Position numbers and translations under genes: made by a program
Notes under the pieces: generated by a model
Seen by the model: only the letters and a program-made list of their open reading frames with translations
What the model was told of the DNA's origin: nothing
The model's database searches: none
Part shown: positions 9,638 through 18,808 of the stretch, one piece after another
Layout of the letters: each line of letters starts with the position of its first letter
How positions within the stretch are numbered: the first letter of the stretch is position 1
NCBI GenBank assembly: GCA_003142595.1
Contig: PLMU01000003.1
Location: 6,501-70,500 of the forward strand
DNA: 64,000 nt
Source: Phycisphaerales bacterium
GTDB taxonomy: Bacteria > Planctomycetota > Phycisphaerae > Sedimentisphaerales > UBA12454
Reading direction: 5' to 3'

Positions 9638-11625
9638 AAAAGCAGCCTATGCCTCAACAGGCAAAAAAAACTCTTGTCCTTTCTATTTATTTCGCCTTAG
9701 CCTTCAGTACATTGCTGGTCTTCTGGCAGGTCAGGAATTTCAATTTCGTCCATTGCGATGATAATGATTACGTATCTAAAAATCCAAACGTTTTAAACGG
9801 TCTCACACCCGCCGCTGTCTCTTGGGCTTTTACAACCGATGTGTCCAGTCATTGGCATCCGCTGACATGGCTGTCGCTTATGCTCGATTGTCAGTTATTC
9901 GGAGCCAATGCAGGCGGGATTCATCTTGTAAATCTCCTTCTGCACATTGTAAATACCTTGCTGCTTTTTGCTGTTCTCAAAAAAATGACCGGCGCTCTTT
10001 GGCAAAGCGCGTTTGTGGCGGCTCTGTTTGCCCTTCACCCGCTTCACGTTGAATCGGTAGCATGGATTTCAGAACGAAAAGATGTATTAAGCACTTTTTT
10101 CTGGCTGCTGACAATGTTGGCGTATGTGCTGTATGTCAAACAGCCGAATGCCGCCCGATACCTGCTGACGATGTTGATGTTTGCTCTGGGCCTGATGGCC
10201 AAGCCGATGCTGGTAACTTTGCCATTTGTGCTTTTACTTTTGGACTATTGGCCATTCCAGCGGAAAATATCCCGGCATCTGCTGGTGGAAAAAATCCCTT
10301 TATTTGCTCTTGTTGCCGTTTCAAGTGTCGTTACTTTTATGGTGATGCGAAGCGGCGGAGCATTAATTAAGATGGATACGCTTCCTCTGAACAGCAGGAT
10401 TGCAAATGCTGTTTTATCTTACGTCAAATATCTATACAAAATGTTCTGGCCGCGGAACCTGGCGATATTTTATCCATTTGGCGCATCTGCAAGTTTCCCA
10501 TTTTGGCAGGTTGCGATGTGTGTTTTGCTGCTGCTTGTTATATCTATTTTTGTAATTCGGCTTGGACGAAATCAAAAGTATTTGCCCCTCGGCTGGTTCT
10601 GGTTTATCGGAACACTTGTGCCTGTAATCGGCATCATTCAGGTTGGTCAGCAGGCCTATGCGGATCGTTATACCTATGTCCCCTATATAGGTCTGTTCAT
10701 AATGATCGCATGGGGTCTGCCGGTGCTTCTTTCGAAATTGCCGCAGCGGAAAATCGCTCTGGGCCTATCTATGGTGATTGTGCTGACGACCCTGGGAATA
10801 TGCGCTCATCAGCAGACAAGCTATTGGAAAAACAGCGTTACTCTTTTTTCGCACGCGCTGGAGGTAACTCAAAAAAATTGGCTCGCATATAATGACCTTG
10901 GCCTTGCTTACGACGATCTTGGCCGCAGCGCAGAGGCGATGGAGAATTTCAGCCAGGCAATAAGAATAATACCGGATTATGCCGAAGCGCATACTAATCT
11001 CGGCATCGTTTACACCAAACTTGGCCGCTGGCAGAATGCTATAGATGAACATAAGCAGGCTATAAAATTCAAGCCGGATTTAGCTTTGGCACACAACAAT
11101 CTCGGCATTGTTTACACAAAGCTTGGCCGCTGGCAGGATGCTATAGATGCCTATAAGCAGGCCATAAAAATCAAGCCGGATTTAGTAGAGGCGTACAATA
11201 ATCTTGGCTATGCTTATTCCGCTCTTGGCCGCCATGCTGAGGCGATAGAGGCCTATAACCAGGCCATAAAATTCAAGCCGGATTTCGTAGACACACACTA
11301 TAACCTTGGCAATGCCTACTACGCCCTTGGCCGCTACCCCGAGGCAATAAATGTCTTCGAGCAGGTCATCAGAATAAAGCCGGATTATGCCGAGGCACAC
11401 TATAATCTCGGCATGACTTATTCCGCCCTTGGCCGCTGGCCCCAGGCGATAGATGCCTATAAGCAGACCATAAAATTAAAGCCAGATTTGGCCATGGCGC
11501 ACGAAAATCTTGGCGTTGCTTACCTTGTAGTAGGCGACAAAAATTCCGCTCTGGCCGAATATAATATTCTTAAGTCTTTAAACTCAGAACTTGCAAATAA
11601 TCTCTTAAATCAGATTAACAAATGA
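9634..11625 (+). CDS. TMTC-like GT-C membrane domain + 7 TPR (array copy 4)
   Basis: ATGA overlap with copy 3. HCDDNDY loop and HPLHVESVAWISERKDVLSTFFW. Seven TPR units. Confidence 0.85.
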   Translation: MKKQPMPQQAKKTLVLSIYFALAFSTLLVFWQVRNFNFVHCDDNDYVSKNPNVLNGLTPAAVSWAFTTDVSSHWHPLTWLSLMLDCQLFGANAGGIHLVNLLLHIVNTLLLFAVLKKMTGALWQSAFVAALFALHPLHVESVAWISERKDVLSTFFWLLTMLAYVLYVKQPNAARYLLTMLMFALGLMAKPMLVTLPFVLLLLDYWPFQRKISRHLLVEKIPLFALVAVSSVVTFMVMRSGGALIKMDTLPLNSRIANAVLSYVKYLYKMFWPRNLAIFYPFGASASFPFWQVAMCVLLLLVISIFVIRLGRNQKYLPLGWFWFIGTLVPVIGIIQVGQQAYADRYTYVPYIGLFIMIAWGLPVLLSKLPQRKIALGLSMVIVLTTLGICAHQQTSYWKNSVTLFSHALEVTQKNWLAYNDLGLAYDDLGRSAEAMENFSQAIRIIPDYAEAHTNLGIVYTKLGRWQNAIDEHKQAIKFKPDLALAHNNLGIVYTKLGRWQDAIDAYKQAIKIKPDLVEAYNNLGYAYSALGRHAEAIEAYNQAIKFKPDFVDTHYNLGNAYYALGRYPEAINVFEQVIRIKPDYAEAHYNLGMTYSALGRWPQAIDAYKQTIKLKPDLAMAHENLGVAYLVVGDKNSALAEYNILKSLNSELANNLLNQINK

Positions 11626-11693
11626 AAAAGTAACCTTTGCAGGACTTTTACGGTTCATCATTCTTACACACCGACCGTAACTCGTTTTGTTTC

Positions 11694-11722
11694 TTGACAA
11701 CAGATGTTTGTGTAAATATATT
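11694..11722 (+). promoter_or_regulatory. sigma70-type promoter TTGACA-N17-TATATT, leaderless geometry
   Basis: TTGACA at 11694-11699, TATATT at 11717-11722, ATG at 11730. Confidence 0.55.
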
Positions 11723-11729
11723 GTTGCCT

Positions 11730-13415
11730 ATGCCCCAACAGGTAAAAAAGCCTCTTGTCATTTCGATTTATTTCGCCTTAGCAATCAGTGCATTGCTGGT
11801 CTTCTGGCAGGTCAGAAATTTCGATTTCGTCAATTACGATGACGATTTGTATGTATATGAAAATCAGCATGTTGTAAGCGGTCTGACTTTCGACAATATC
11901 ATTTGGGCTTTTACGACCATTCACACAGGCTACTGGCATGCCTTAACCTGGCTTTCGCTAATGCTCGATTGTCAGTTGTTTGACCCCAACCCTGAAGGTT
12001 TTCATCTTACTAATCTTTTCTTTCACATCGCAAACACTTTGCTTCTTTTCCTTGTCCTCAAACAAATGACAAAAGCACTTTGGCAAAGCGCATTTGTGGC
12101 GGCTCTGTTTGCACTTCATCCGATGCATGTCGAATCGGTCGCCTGGATTGCCGAACGCAAGGACGTCCTGAGCACTTTCTTTTGGCTGCTTGCGATGTTA
12201 GCGTATGTGCGGTATGTCAGCCGCCCCAACGCCGCGCGCCACCTGCTTGTCTTATTAATTTTCGCTTTAGGTCTTATGGCAAAGCCTATGCTGGTAACAT
12301 TGCCGTTTGTGTTGCTTTTGCTGGACTACTGGCCGCTTGACCGTATTGGCCGTTTTCAATTGCGGACACTCTATCGTTTGATTCTGGAAAAAATCCCTTT
12401 TATTGTTCTTTCAATTGTTTCAAGTGCCATCGTTTTTCTTGTCCAGCAGAGCAGCAAGATATTAATACCATTTGCCCGGTTCCCTTTAAAGTTTCGTATC
12501 GGTAATGCCTTTATCTCTTATGCCAGGTATATAGAAAAAATGATTTGGCCAAACTACCTGGCCGTGTTTTATCCTCACCCTGTTGAAAACGTATCAATTT
12601 TATACGCTGTAATATCAGCCATTCTGCTATTGGCCGTAACGATTCTTGTCCTTCGATTCGCCCAAAATCGCAGATATCTTGTCACAGGCTGGTTCTGGTA
12701 TCTTGGAATGCTCATCCCCGTCATCGGCATTATTCAGGTTGGTGCGCAGGCCTATGCCGACCGTTACACTTATATCCCATATATAGGTCTGTTCATAATG
12801 CTTGCATGGGGTTTGCCGCAGCTTCTTTCAAAATGGCCTCAACGAAAAATCGCTCTGGGCTTATCGATGGTGATTGTGCTGACGGCCCTGGGAATATGCG
12901 CCCATCGGCAGGTAAGCTATTGGAAAAACAACGTTACTCTTTTTTCGCACGCACTGGAGGTCACACAAAATAATTGGCTAGCACACAATAATCTTGGCAA
13001 TGCTTACGCCAGGCTTGGCCGTTACGAAGAAGCAATAGATGCTTATCAGCAGACCATAAAGCTCAATCCGGATTTAGCCGAAGCACCTAATAATCTTGGA
13101 ATTGTTTACGGCAAGCTTGGCCGCTTGCCCGAGGCGATAGATGCCTTCAGCCAGGCCATAATAATAGATCCGGATTACGTCAAGGCACACTATAATCTTG
13201 GCGTTGCTTACGATAAGCTTGACCGCTTGCCCCAAGCGATAGATGCCTATAAGCAGGCCATAAAAATCAAGCCGGATTTAGCCGAAGCGCACAATAAGCT
13301 TGGCGTTGCTTACTTGGTAGTAGGCGACAAAAATTCCGCTCTGGCAGAATATAATATTCTTAAGTCTTTGAACTCCCAACTCGCAAATAATCTCTTAAAT
13401 CAAATTAACAAATAA
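11730..13415 (+). CDS. TMTC-like GT-C membrane domain + 4 TPR (array copy 5)
   Basis: NYDDDLY loop and HPMHVESVAWIAERKDVLSTFFW. Four TPR units. Same C-terminal tail. Confidence 0.85.
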   Translation: MPQQVKKPLVISIYFALAISALLVFWQVRNFDFVNYDDDLYVYENQHVVSGLTFDNIIWAFTTIHTGYWHALTWLSLMLDCQLFDPNPEGFHLTNLFFHIANTLLLFLVLKQMTKALWQSAFVAALFALHPMHVESVAWIAERKDVLSTFFWLLAMLAYVRYVSRPNAARHLLVLLIFALGLMAKPMLVTLPFVLLLLDYWPLDRIGRFQLRTLYRLILEKIPFIVLSIVSSAIVFLVQQSSKILIPFARFPLKFRIGNAFISYARYIEKMIWPNYLAVFYPHPVENVSILYAVISAILLLAVTILVLRFAQNRRYLVTGWFWYLGMLIPVIGIIQVGAQAYADRYTYIPYIGLFIMLAWGLPQLLSKWPQRKIALGLSMVIVLTALGICAHRQVSYWKNNVTLFSHALEVTQNNWLAHNNLGNAYARLGRYEEAIDAYQQTIKLNPDLAEAPNNLGIVYGKLGRLPEAIDAFSQAIIIDPDYVKAHYNLGVAYDKLDRLPQAIDAYKQAIKIKPDLAEAHNKLGVAYLVVGDKNSALAEYNILKSLNSQLANNLLNQINK

Positions 13416-13534
13416 AAATGTGCCCCTTTTAAGTTTGTTAATTTACGCAGAGTTTAACGACTATATAGACTATGCCAAGTATTCTCATAAGGATTTTATT
13501 TGCAATTACTTGCGACAGGTATTATTTTCCCGTT

Positions 13535-13969
13535 ATGTCTAAATCTCATCTTGTCATTTTAAAAAAAATATATCTTGATAAGATACTTAACGGCTCTAAA
13601 ACAATAGAGTTACGCCTGTTAAAAGCCGCCTTTCCGCCATTTGGCCACGTTGCCGCTGACGACAGATTATTTTTAAAAGAATCTTCCGGCCCCGTCTGTG
13701 CCGTTGCGCAGGTATCGGCATTTACTGAATTCATGAATCTTACACCTGCAAAAATTATCCGTCTCAAAGCTGAATTTAATAATCTGATTCTCGGCAATGA
13801 CGAGTATTGGAAATTAAAATCAGACAGTAAATTTGCCGTTCTCGTCTGGATAAAAAAAGTCAGAGCCATAAAACCTGTAAGAATTTACAAAAAAGATTGG
13901 CGTGCCTGGGTGGTATTGACTGAGAGGGAAAATTTCGGCTTATTTACTTCTGCCGATATTATTGACTAA
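13535..13969 (+). CDS. ASCH domain protein
   Basis: Start moved to the ATG at 13535. The N-terminus HLVILKKIYLDKILNGSKTIELRL matches the ASCH beta-barrel opening pattern (yfd.I..G.KTiE.R). Confidence 0.55.
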   Translation: MSKSHLVILKKIYLDKILNGSKTIELRLLKAAFPPFGHVAADDRLFLKESSGPVCAVAQVSAFTEFMNLTPAKIIRLKAEFNNLILGNDEYWKLKSDSKFAVLVWIKKVRAIKPVRIYKKDWRAWVVLTERENFGLFTSADIID

Positions 13970-15163
13970 TCCTACGGACACGATATTTACCAATAGACTC
14001 GACCCGCCATAACTTACAAACGGCAGCGTAATTCCGGTAATAGGCATTATGCCGATATTCATACCGATATTTACAAGCACCTGGATTGCGAAAATTATGC
14101 TTATTCCCGCGGCGACATAACTTCCAAATACATCACTGCTCGCGGCTGAAATTTCCAGTCCGCAAACTACGAGCAACGCGTATAATCCCATTATTAAAAC
14201 TGCACCGGCGAATCCCCATTGATGGCTGATGAGAGCGAAAATAAAATCGTTATGCCTTTCCGGCAGAAATTTATATTTCACAAACGGTCCGCTTCTGTAG
14301 CCTTGACCGCTAAGTCCGCCGGAGGCAATCGCAAGTTTAGAGCGCGTAAGCTGATAGCCTTCGCCGCCTTCCCAGTTGCGAAGCCGTTCGCTCGAGACGC
14401 CGAAAATATTTGCAAGCCAGGCGTGTTTTGCGCTCTGCTGTTTTAGCCAGCTTTCGCTGCCGTCGATACCGCTTTGAAAAAGCACAGAACTTACGCGCAT
14501 CCGCTGATAGTCGTGCATTTGCATCCAGAGAATCGGAAACGCCAGTATAGCAAGTGCAATTATAACGATAAGATGTTTAACCTTCGCGCCGGCAAGAAAC
14601 AGCATCGTTAAAAATACCGGCATCATTAAAAGCACCGTTCCCAAATCCGGCTCAAGCAAAATCAACGCCATCGGCAAAATCGTCAGCAGAAACGGCGGTA
14701 TAAGCGCGGATAATCTCCGATAATTGCTTCTGTAACGCAAGTGCCAGCCGAGGGCTATTATGTAAATGAGTTTGAAAAACTCCGACGGCTGAAACTGCAG
14801 AAGCGAACCTAAAACAATCCACCGGCGTGAGCCTTTCTTTATCGGCACGAAGGGCAAATGCACAACGCGGTCCAAAAGCAGAATTGAAAGCAAAATAATT
14901 ATACCGGCGTAAAGCCAGAAACTTGCGGGGCCTAATTTCTTATAGTTGAATGAATTGATAAAAATAAAACCAATGAATCCCACAGCGGTGAAAATCGCCT
15001 GCTTCTTCCACATATCCGCAGATGAGCCTGCGGCTGAGTCAGCAGGATTGCCGGAGGCGTAAATCATCATAATGCCAATGGCTACAAGCGAACCTGCCGC
15101 AGCCAGCATTATCAGCCGGGTAAATTGCTGCCTGCCCTTTAAAAAGTCAAACATATCAAACAT
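13940..15163 (-). CDS. rodA: SEDS-family peptidoglycan polymerase (RodA/FtsW type)
   Basis: About 10 TM segments. QPSEF.K, EPDLGT, ERHNDFIFA and the C-terminal GITLPFVSYGGSSLL are SEDS signatures. No adjacent PBP gene, so RodA versus FtsW is uncertain. Confidence 0.8.
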   Translation of the reverse strand: MFDMFDFLKGRQQFTRLIMLAAAGSLVAIGIMMIYASGNPADSAAGSSADMWKKQAIFTAVGFIGFIFINSFNYKKLGPASFWLYAGIIILLSILLLDRVVHLPFVPIKKGSRRWIVLGSLLQFQPSEFFKLIYIIALGWHLRYRSNYRRLSALIPPFLLTILPMALILLEPDLGTVLLMMPVFLTMLFLAGAKVKHLIVIIALAILAFPILWMQMHDYQRMRVSSVLFQSGIDGSESWLKQQSAKHAWLANIFGVSSERLRNWEGGEGYQLTRSKLAIASGGLSGQGYRSGPFVKYKFLPERHNDFIFALISHQWGFAGAVLIMGLYALLVVCGLEISAASSDVFGSYVAAGISIIFAIQVLVNIGMNIGIMPITGITLPFVSYGGSSLLVNIVSVGLVNNIGRSK

Positions 15164-15216
15164 AATCAGAATAATACCAAAAATGAGAAAAAAAGAAAGT
15201 ATTCAGAACTTAGCTT

Positions 15217-15564
15217 TCAAGACAACTTAAAAGCTTTAAATCTTTTTTTACAAGCAGGACACCTTTTAATTAAATCTTTTAGAGACTTCTCAACATCAAC
15301 CCTATACTCCTGCTGGTCTTTGGGCAGATAATATATGCTGAAACGGGGCAGAGGAGATTTGTGCGACATCAGTCTTTTTCGCATCTGGCGGGCGAGAACA
15401 TTGTGCCTTTGGGCCAGACTCTTCGGCTCAAGAAGATTAAAGGCAATATAATTTGTAATCTTCCTTTTTCTAATCAGATGGCCTGCAAACATGTGACATT
15501 CTACGTGTTCGCCAAGAAGGTGCTTATTACAAAGTACTAAAGGGTCAACCATCCACATCCGCAT
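15217..15564 (-). CDS. pyrimidine-dimer DNA glycosylase/endonuclease V superfamily-like protein (TIGR02328-like)
   Basis: The N-terminus MRMWMVDPLVLCNKHLLGEHVECH resembles the MR.W...L....HLLGEHRE.H opening of this family. 115 aa. Confidence 0.45.
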   Translation of the reverse strand: MRMWMVDPLVLCNKHLLGEHVECHMFAGHLIRKRKITNYIAFNLLEPKSLAQRHNVLARQMRKRLMSHKSPLPRFSIYYLPKDQQEYRVDVEKSLKDLIKRCPACKKRFKAFKLS

Positions 15565-15663
15565 TTTAAAACTCCGGCAATAAAACCGCTATCAATAATA
15601 ACAGAAAACGTGCAGAAAAAAATGTTTATTGGCCGATAAAATGGCAGGAAGGGACCGTGTCCT

Positions 15664-16140
15664 ATGAAGTCTGATGAGATTAAAAAATTAGCAATCAGCT
15701 GCCTGGCGGTTTTGGGGGCCGGGTTTGCAAGCTCAGTTTTTGTTACAAGCACATCGGGATGGTATGAATCGCTAAAAAAGCCGGTATTTACTCCGCCGGG
15801 GTGGGTATTCGGGCCGGTATGGACTGTGCTTTATCTGCTTATGGGAATCGCATTGTTCCTGGTATGGCGGAAGGGATTTTCAAACGCGGCGGGAAAAACG
15901 GCACTCGCGGCATTTATCCTTCAAATGGTTTTCAACGTAATCTGGACTCCGATTTTCTTCGGATTCAACCAGCCATTGATTGCGCTTGGTGATATTGTAA
16001 TGCTGTGGCTGGCGGTGATAACGACAATTCTGAGCTTCTGGAAAGTTTCGCGATTGGCGGGGATTTTACTTTTGCCATATATAATATGGGCCAGTTTCGC
16101 GGCGATTCTGAACGCCGGTATCTATTTGCTTAACCAATAA
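15664..16140 (+). CDS. tspO: TspO/MBR tryptophan-rich sensory protein
   Basis: WYESLKKPVFTPPGWVFGPVWTVLYLLMG and five TM segments. Classic TspO. Confidence 0.9.
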   Translation: MKSDEIKKLAISCLAVLGAGFASSVFVTSTSGWYESLKKPVFTPPGWVFGPVWTVLYLLMGIALFLVWRKGFSNAAGKTALAAFILQMVFNVIWTPIFFGFNQPLIALGDIVMLWLAVITTILSFWKVSRLAGILLLPYIIWASFAAILNAGIYLLNQ

Positions 16141-16150
16141 AAAGTCCAGG

Positions 16151-16435
16151 CTAACCAATACCGCCAAGCTGGTGCTGCAACTGCTGCATTAAGTTAAGCA
16201 AGAAAGCTTTCAATATCATGTAAATCCAAATGGAAATAATGGTAATAATAATAACCAGTATAGATACAATCCATTTGGTTCTGGGATTATAACGGGGATT
16301 GAACCAGACAAGAGGTAGTGCCAGTGGACCGAAACACAGTAAAGCGATTACAACCCAATAATTTGTAAAATACCACTTTTCTTTAGGCTGGTCCTTTTCG
16401 TCGAACTCTTTGCCGCAATAAGGACATTTTATCAT
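16151..16435 (-). CDS. zinc-ribbon membrane protein (hypothetical)
   Basis: Start moved to the ATG at 16435, preceded by GGGAGG. The N-terminus is CPYCGKEF, followed by two TM helices. Confidence 0.5.
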   Translation of the reverse strand: MIKCPYCGKEFDEKDQPKEKWYFTNYWVVIALLCFGPLALPLVWFNPRYNPRTKWIVSILVIIITIISIWIYMILKAFLLNLMQQLQHQLGGIG

Positions 16436-16541
16436 AGGTACCTCCCTGTCATAAAAATCGCCCTTCATAGGCTGGAAAATCAATATACCGCCGGAGAAAT
16501 GAAAAGTAAAGACCCCTTATTGAGCAGGGCAAGTTTTGTAT

Positions 16542-16569
16542 TTGAGACGACTTAAATTGCTGGTATAAT
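16542..16569 (+). promoter_or_regulatory. promoter of tRNA-Ser: TTGAGA-N16-TGgTATAAT (extended -10)
   Basis: TTGAGA at 16542-16547. TG at 16561-16562. TATAAT at 16564-16569. The tRNA 5' end lies 18 nt downstream. Confidence 0.6.
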
Positions 16570-16586
16570 TGGAGATAATCTAATCC

Positions 16587-16675
16587 GGAGAGGTGTTCGA
16601 GCGGCTGATGTTGCTGGTTTCGAAAACCAGTGTGCTCTTTACCGAGTACCGCGGGTTCGAATCCCGCCCTCTCCG
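16587..16675 (+). tRNA. tRNA-Ser (anticodon CGA), class II with long variable arm, no encoded CCA
   Basis: Acceptor GGAGAGG pairs with CCTCTCC. Anticodon stem CTGGT/ACCAG has loop TTCGAAA. T-arm is CGGGTTCGAATCCCG. A long variable arm is present, and a T-run follows. Confidence 0.9.
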
Positions 16676-16708
16676 TTTTTAAGTTTCGATAAAAAAGGGG
16701 AATTGAAA

Positions 16709-17353
16709 ATGCAAAGGATAATGAATCGCGGGGCAGCATTCATCGGGCTGCTGATAGTAATTTTAATCATGGCAATATTGTATCTGATTGACTTTACGGC
16801 GATGTTCGGGCCGATAGATATAAACCGCGCCTACGATGAACGCCCATGGTTCGAGGAACAAAGACTGCTGGACAAAGAAGCATTTCCTGTGAAACAGACC
16901 GGCAAAAAAGGCAAGGCTGTTATAAAAGAAAAAACCGTTCTCAGCGGGCAGGTTTGGCGGAAAAACGAGCACAGAGGCAATATCGAAATTGTTATTGAGC
17001 CAAACGGCATGGCAAAAGGACACTGGCAGTGCGCATATAGCTATACAGACAGCAACTATACCGTAACCGCGGATTTTAAAGGCAATATCGACCCGACAAA
17101 AACATTCGAAGACCCAAAAGGAAAAAATAAAAAACTGCTGTATTTTATTACGAAGGGAACCTATCAGGAGATAAAGACGGATGAAAAAACAGGCAATCAA
17201 TGGCCGACCAAAGCACCAATCTATGTCGTCGGATGGATCGATAAAGATTATTCGGCGAAAGGTAAACTATTTTTGATGGCAAACAACGATACAGAAAGCC
17301 ATGGAAACGCGGAATACGACTGGAAGACAAAACAAAACGAACCGCATAATTAA
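16709..17353 (+). CDS. hypothetical N-terminally membrane-anchored protein
   Basis: ATG at 16709 after AGGGGA. A hydrophobic N-terminus (AAFIGLLIVILIMAILYLI) is followed by a soluble domain. No family recognised. Confidence 0.5.
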   Translation: MQRIMNRGAAFIGLLIVILIMAILYLIDFTAMFGPIDINRAYDERPWFEEQRLLDKEAFPVKQTGKKGKAVIKEKTVLSGQVWRKNEHRGNIEIVIEPNGMAKGHWQCAYSYTDSNYTVTADFKGNIDPTKTFEDPKGKNKKLLYFITKGTYQEIKTDEKTGNQWPTKAPIYVVGWIDKDYSAKGKLFLMANNDTESHGNAEYDWKTKQNEPHN

Positions 17354-18651
17354 TTTTCGAATTGGTTCAACTTACGACACATATCTTTTATTCTGTTTAT
17401 TTTTTCGCTGCCGAGAAGAATTATCGGAAACGCGGTTTTGCTGTGTAAAAGCGGTTCGCTCAGATCAATATATTTTTCGCAGAACTTTCCGTCTACTGTG
17501 CCGGGTATGGGCGAAAACTCGGCAAGCATAATTTTCACGCCGAGACTACCTCCGGCAAATTTCATCGATTCCTCGATTTCCTGAATTTCATAATGCGGAT
17601 GACCTAAAATCAAATACGCCGTTATGCTGTTTATATCCGCACCGGCGGTAATTAGCGTTTTTACGGCATTGGCAAACTCATCATCGTAAATTTTTGAGCC
17701 GGTCTGTTTTTGAAACTCCTGCGAGCGGCTTTCAAAACCAAGATAAAAACTTTTGAAGCCTGCCTTGATTAAAAGAGAGGCAAGTTCGCTGTCAATAAAC
17801 CTGGCGTTAAGTGCGTTGGGAGTATGAAAAGAAACATCAATTTTATTTTCTATTACATAGTGTAATAATGGTTTCAATACTTCATCACTTTTATACAACA
17901 GTGCATCATCGTAAAAGGCGATATTTTTTACGCCAAGGGAAATCAAAAATCTTAATTCATCAATTGCCTGCTGCAGCGGTTTTGTGCTAAAGCCATCGCA
18001 AAATATCGGCACTGTGCAATACGTGCATTTGAACGGACAGCCCTGCGTAATCTTCATCGCGGCAGTATCAATCTTTTTATAAAGATTCCATAATGGCAGT
18101 TGTTTAGCCCCCGCACCTGTCGAAGACCCTGTAAGGGTGGCGGGGGTTTGTTCATCACCATAAATAAAATCCGCTCCAAGATTTCTGGCGTGTTCCGGAC
18201 AAATCATTGTGTAAGGCCCGCCTAAAACAATTTTAGTCCTCGGCCAGTATTTTTTTAGCTCATTTATCACCTCCTGATAGCCTAAATACCAGTAAGTCAT
18301 AACGGTTTGGACAAAAACAAAATCGCAGGGCTTGTTTGTTTTCAAAAAATCTATAAAAATTTCAGCAGGCAGGCCGAATCGGCGGTAATACCTTGGAATT
18401 TTCTTAAGCACATCTGGTTTTGGGATTACAGTTGAAAAAAACCGGCCTCTGCCCCAGGGGTCGCTTTTAAATTGAGGTTTGTCAGAATAAAATTGGTGAT
18501 TCCTGTCTAAAAAATCGAATAGCTGGAAATCTGTAGCATTTGCGATTTTTCCTGCGGCAGTTAACATTCCCAGGGGCTTGAGCCAGAAGTCAAAGGCCGC
18601 GAAATCATAAATCGGCGGATTTACGAGAAGAATAGACGGTTTATCATTCAT
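17350..18651 (-). CDS. radical SAM protein with B12-binding-like N-terminal domain
   Basis: CxxxCxxC cluster motif in ITQGCPFKCTYCTVP. The N-terminus LLVNPPIYDF is typical of class B radical SAM proteins. 433 aa. Confidence 0.8.
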   Translation of the reverse strand: MNDKPSILLVNPPIYDFAAFDFWLKPLGMLTAAGKIANATDFQLFDFLDRNHQFYSDKPQFKSDPWGRGRFFSTVIPKPDVLKKIPRYYRRFGLPAEIFIDFLKTNKPCDFVFVQTVMTYWYLGYQEVINELKKYWPRTKIVLGGPYTMICPEHARNLGADFIYGDEQTPATLTGSSTGAGAKQLPLWNLYKKIDTAAMKITQGCPFKCTYCTVPIFCDGFSTKPLQQAIDELRFLISLGVKNIAFYDDALLYKSDEVLKPLLHYVIENKIDVSFHTPNALNARFIDSELASLLIKAGFKSFYLGFESRSQEFQKQTGSKIYDDEFANAVKTLITAGADINSITAYLILGHPHYEIQEIEESMKFAGGSLGVKIMLAEFSPIPGTVDGKFCEKYIDLSEPLLHSKTAFPIILLGSEKINRIKDMCRKLNQFEN

Positions 18652-18808
18652 ACCGATATATTACCCCGCACCTTCTTTTTATTCAATTTTCATTTGATAT
18701 ATTCAAATATATCAAACCATTATTTTTTTATGATTTCTCAAAATATATTTCTGAATATTTAGAAGGTGCGGGGTTGATTCCTCAGATAATGCAAAATTAC
18801 TTTTTTGC

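Noticed and set aside
5109-11400. Many 70-140-aa ORFs on both strands inside the TMTC-like/TPR genes (for example 5109..5540, 6960..7289, 7377..7697, 10765..11052)
   Set aside because: These are antisense or out-of-frame translations of the 102-bp TPR periodicity. They are low-complexity, Ile/Arg/Leu-rich products fully nested in well-supported genes.
5200-13300. Regular DNA periodicity that might suggest a CRISPR array
   Set aside because: The period is 102 bp and the units are divergent in-frame TPR codons. There is no short conserved repeat with unique spacers, and no cas genes.
16449-16739. 96-aa minus-strand ORF
   Set aside because: It overlaps and runs antisense through tRNA-Ser and its promoter, so it is spurious.
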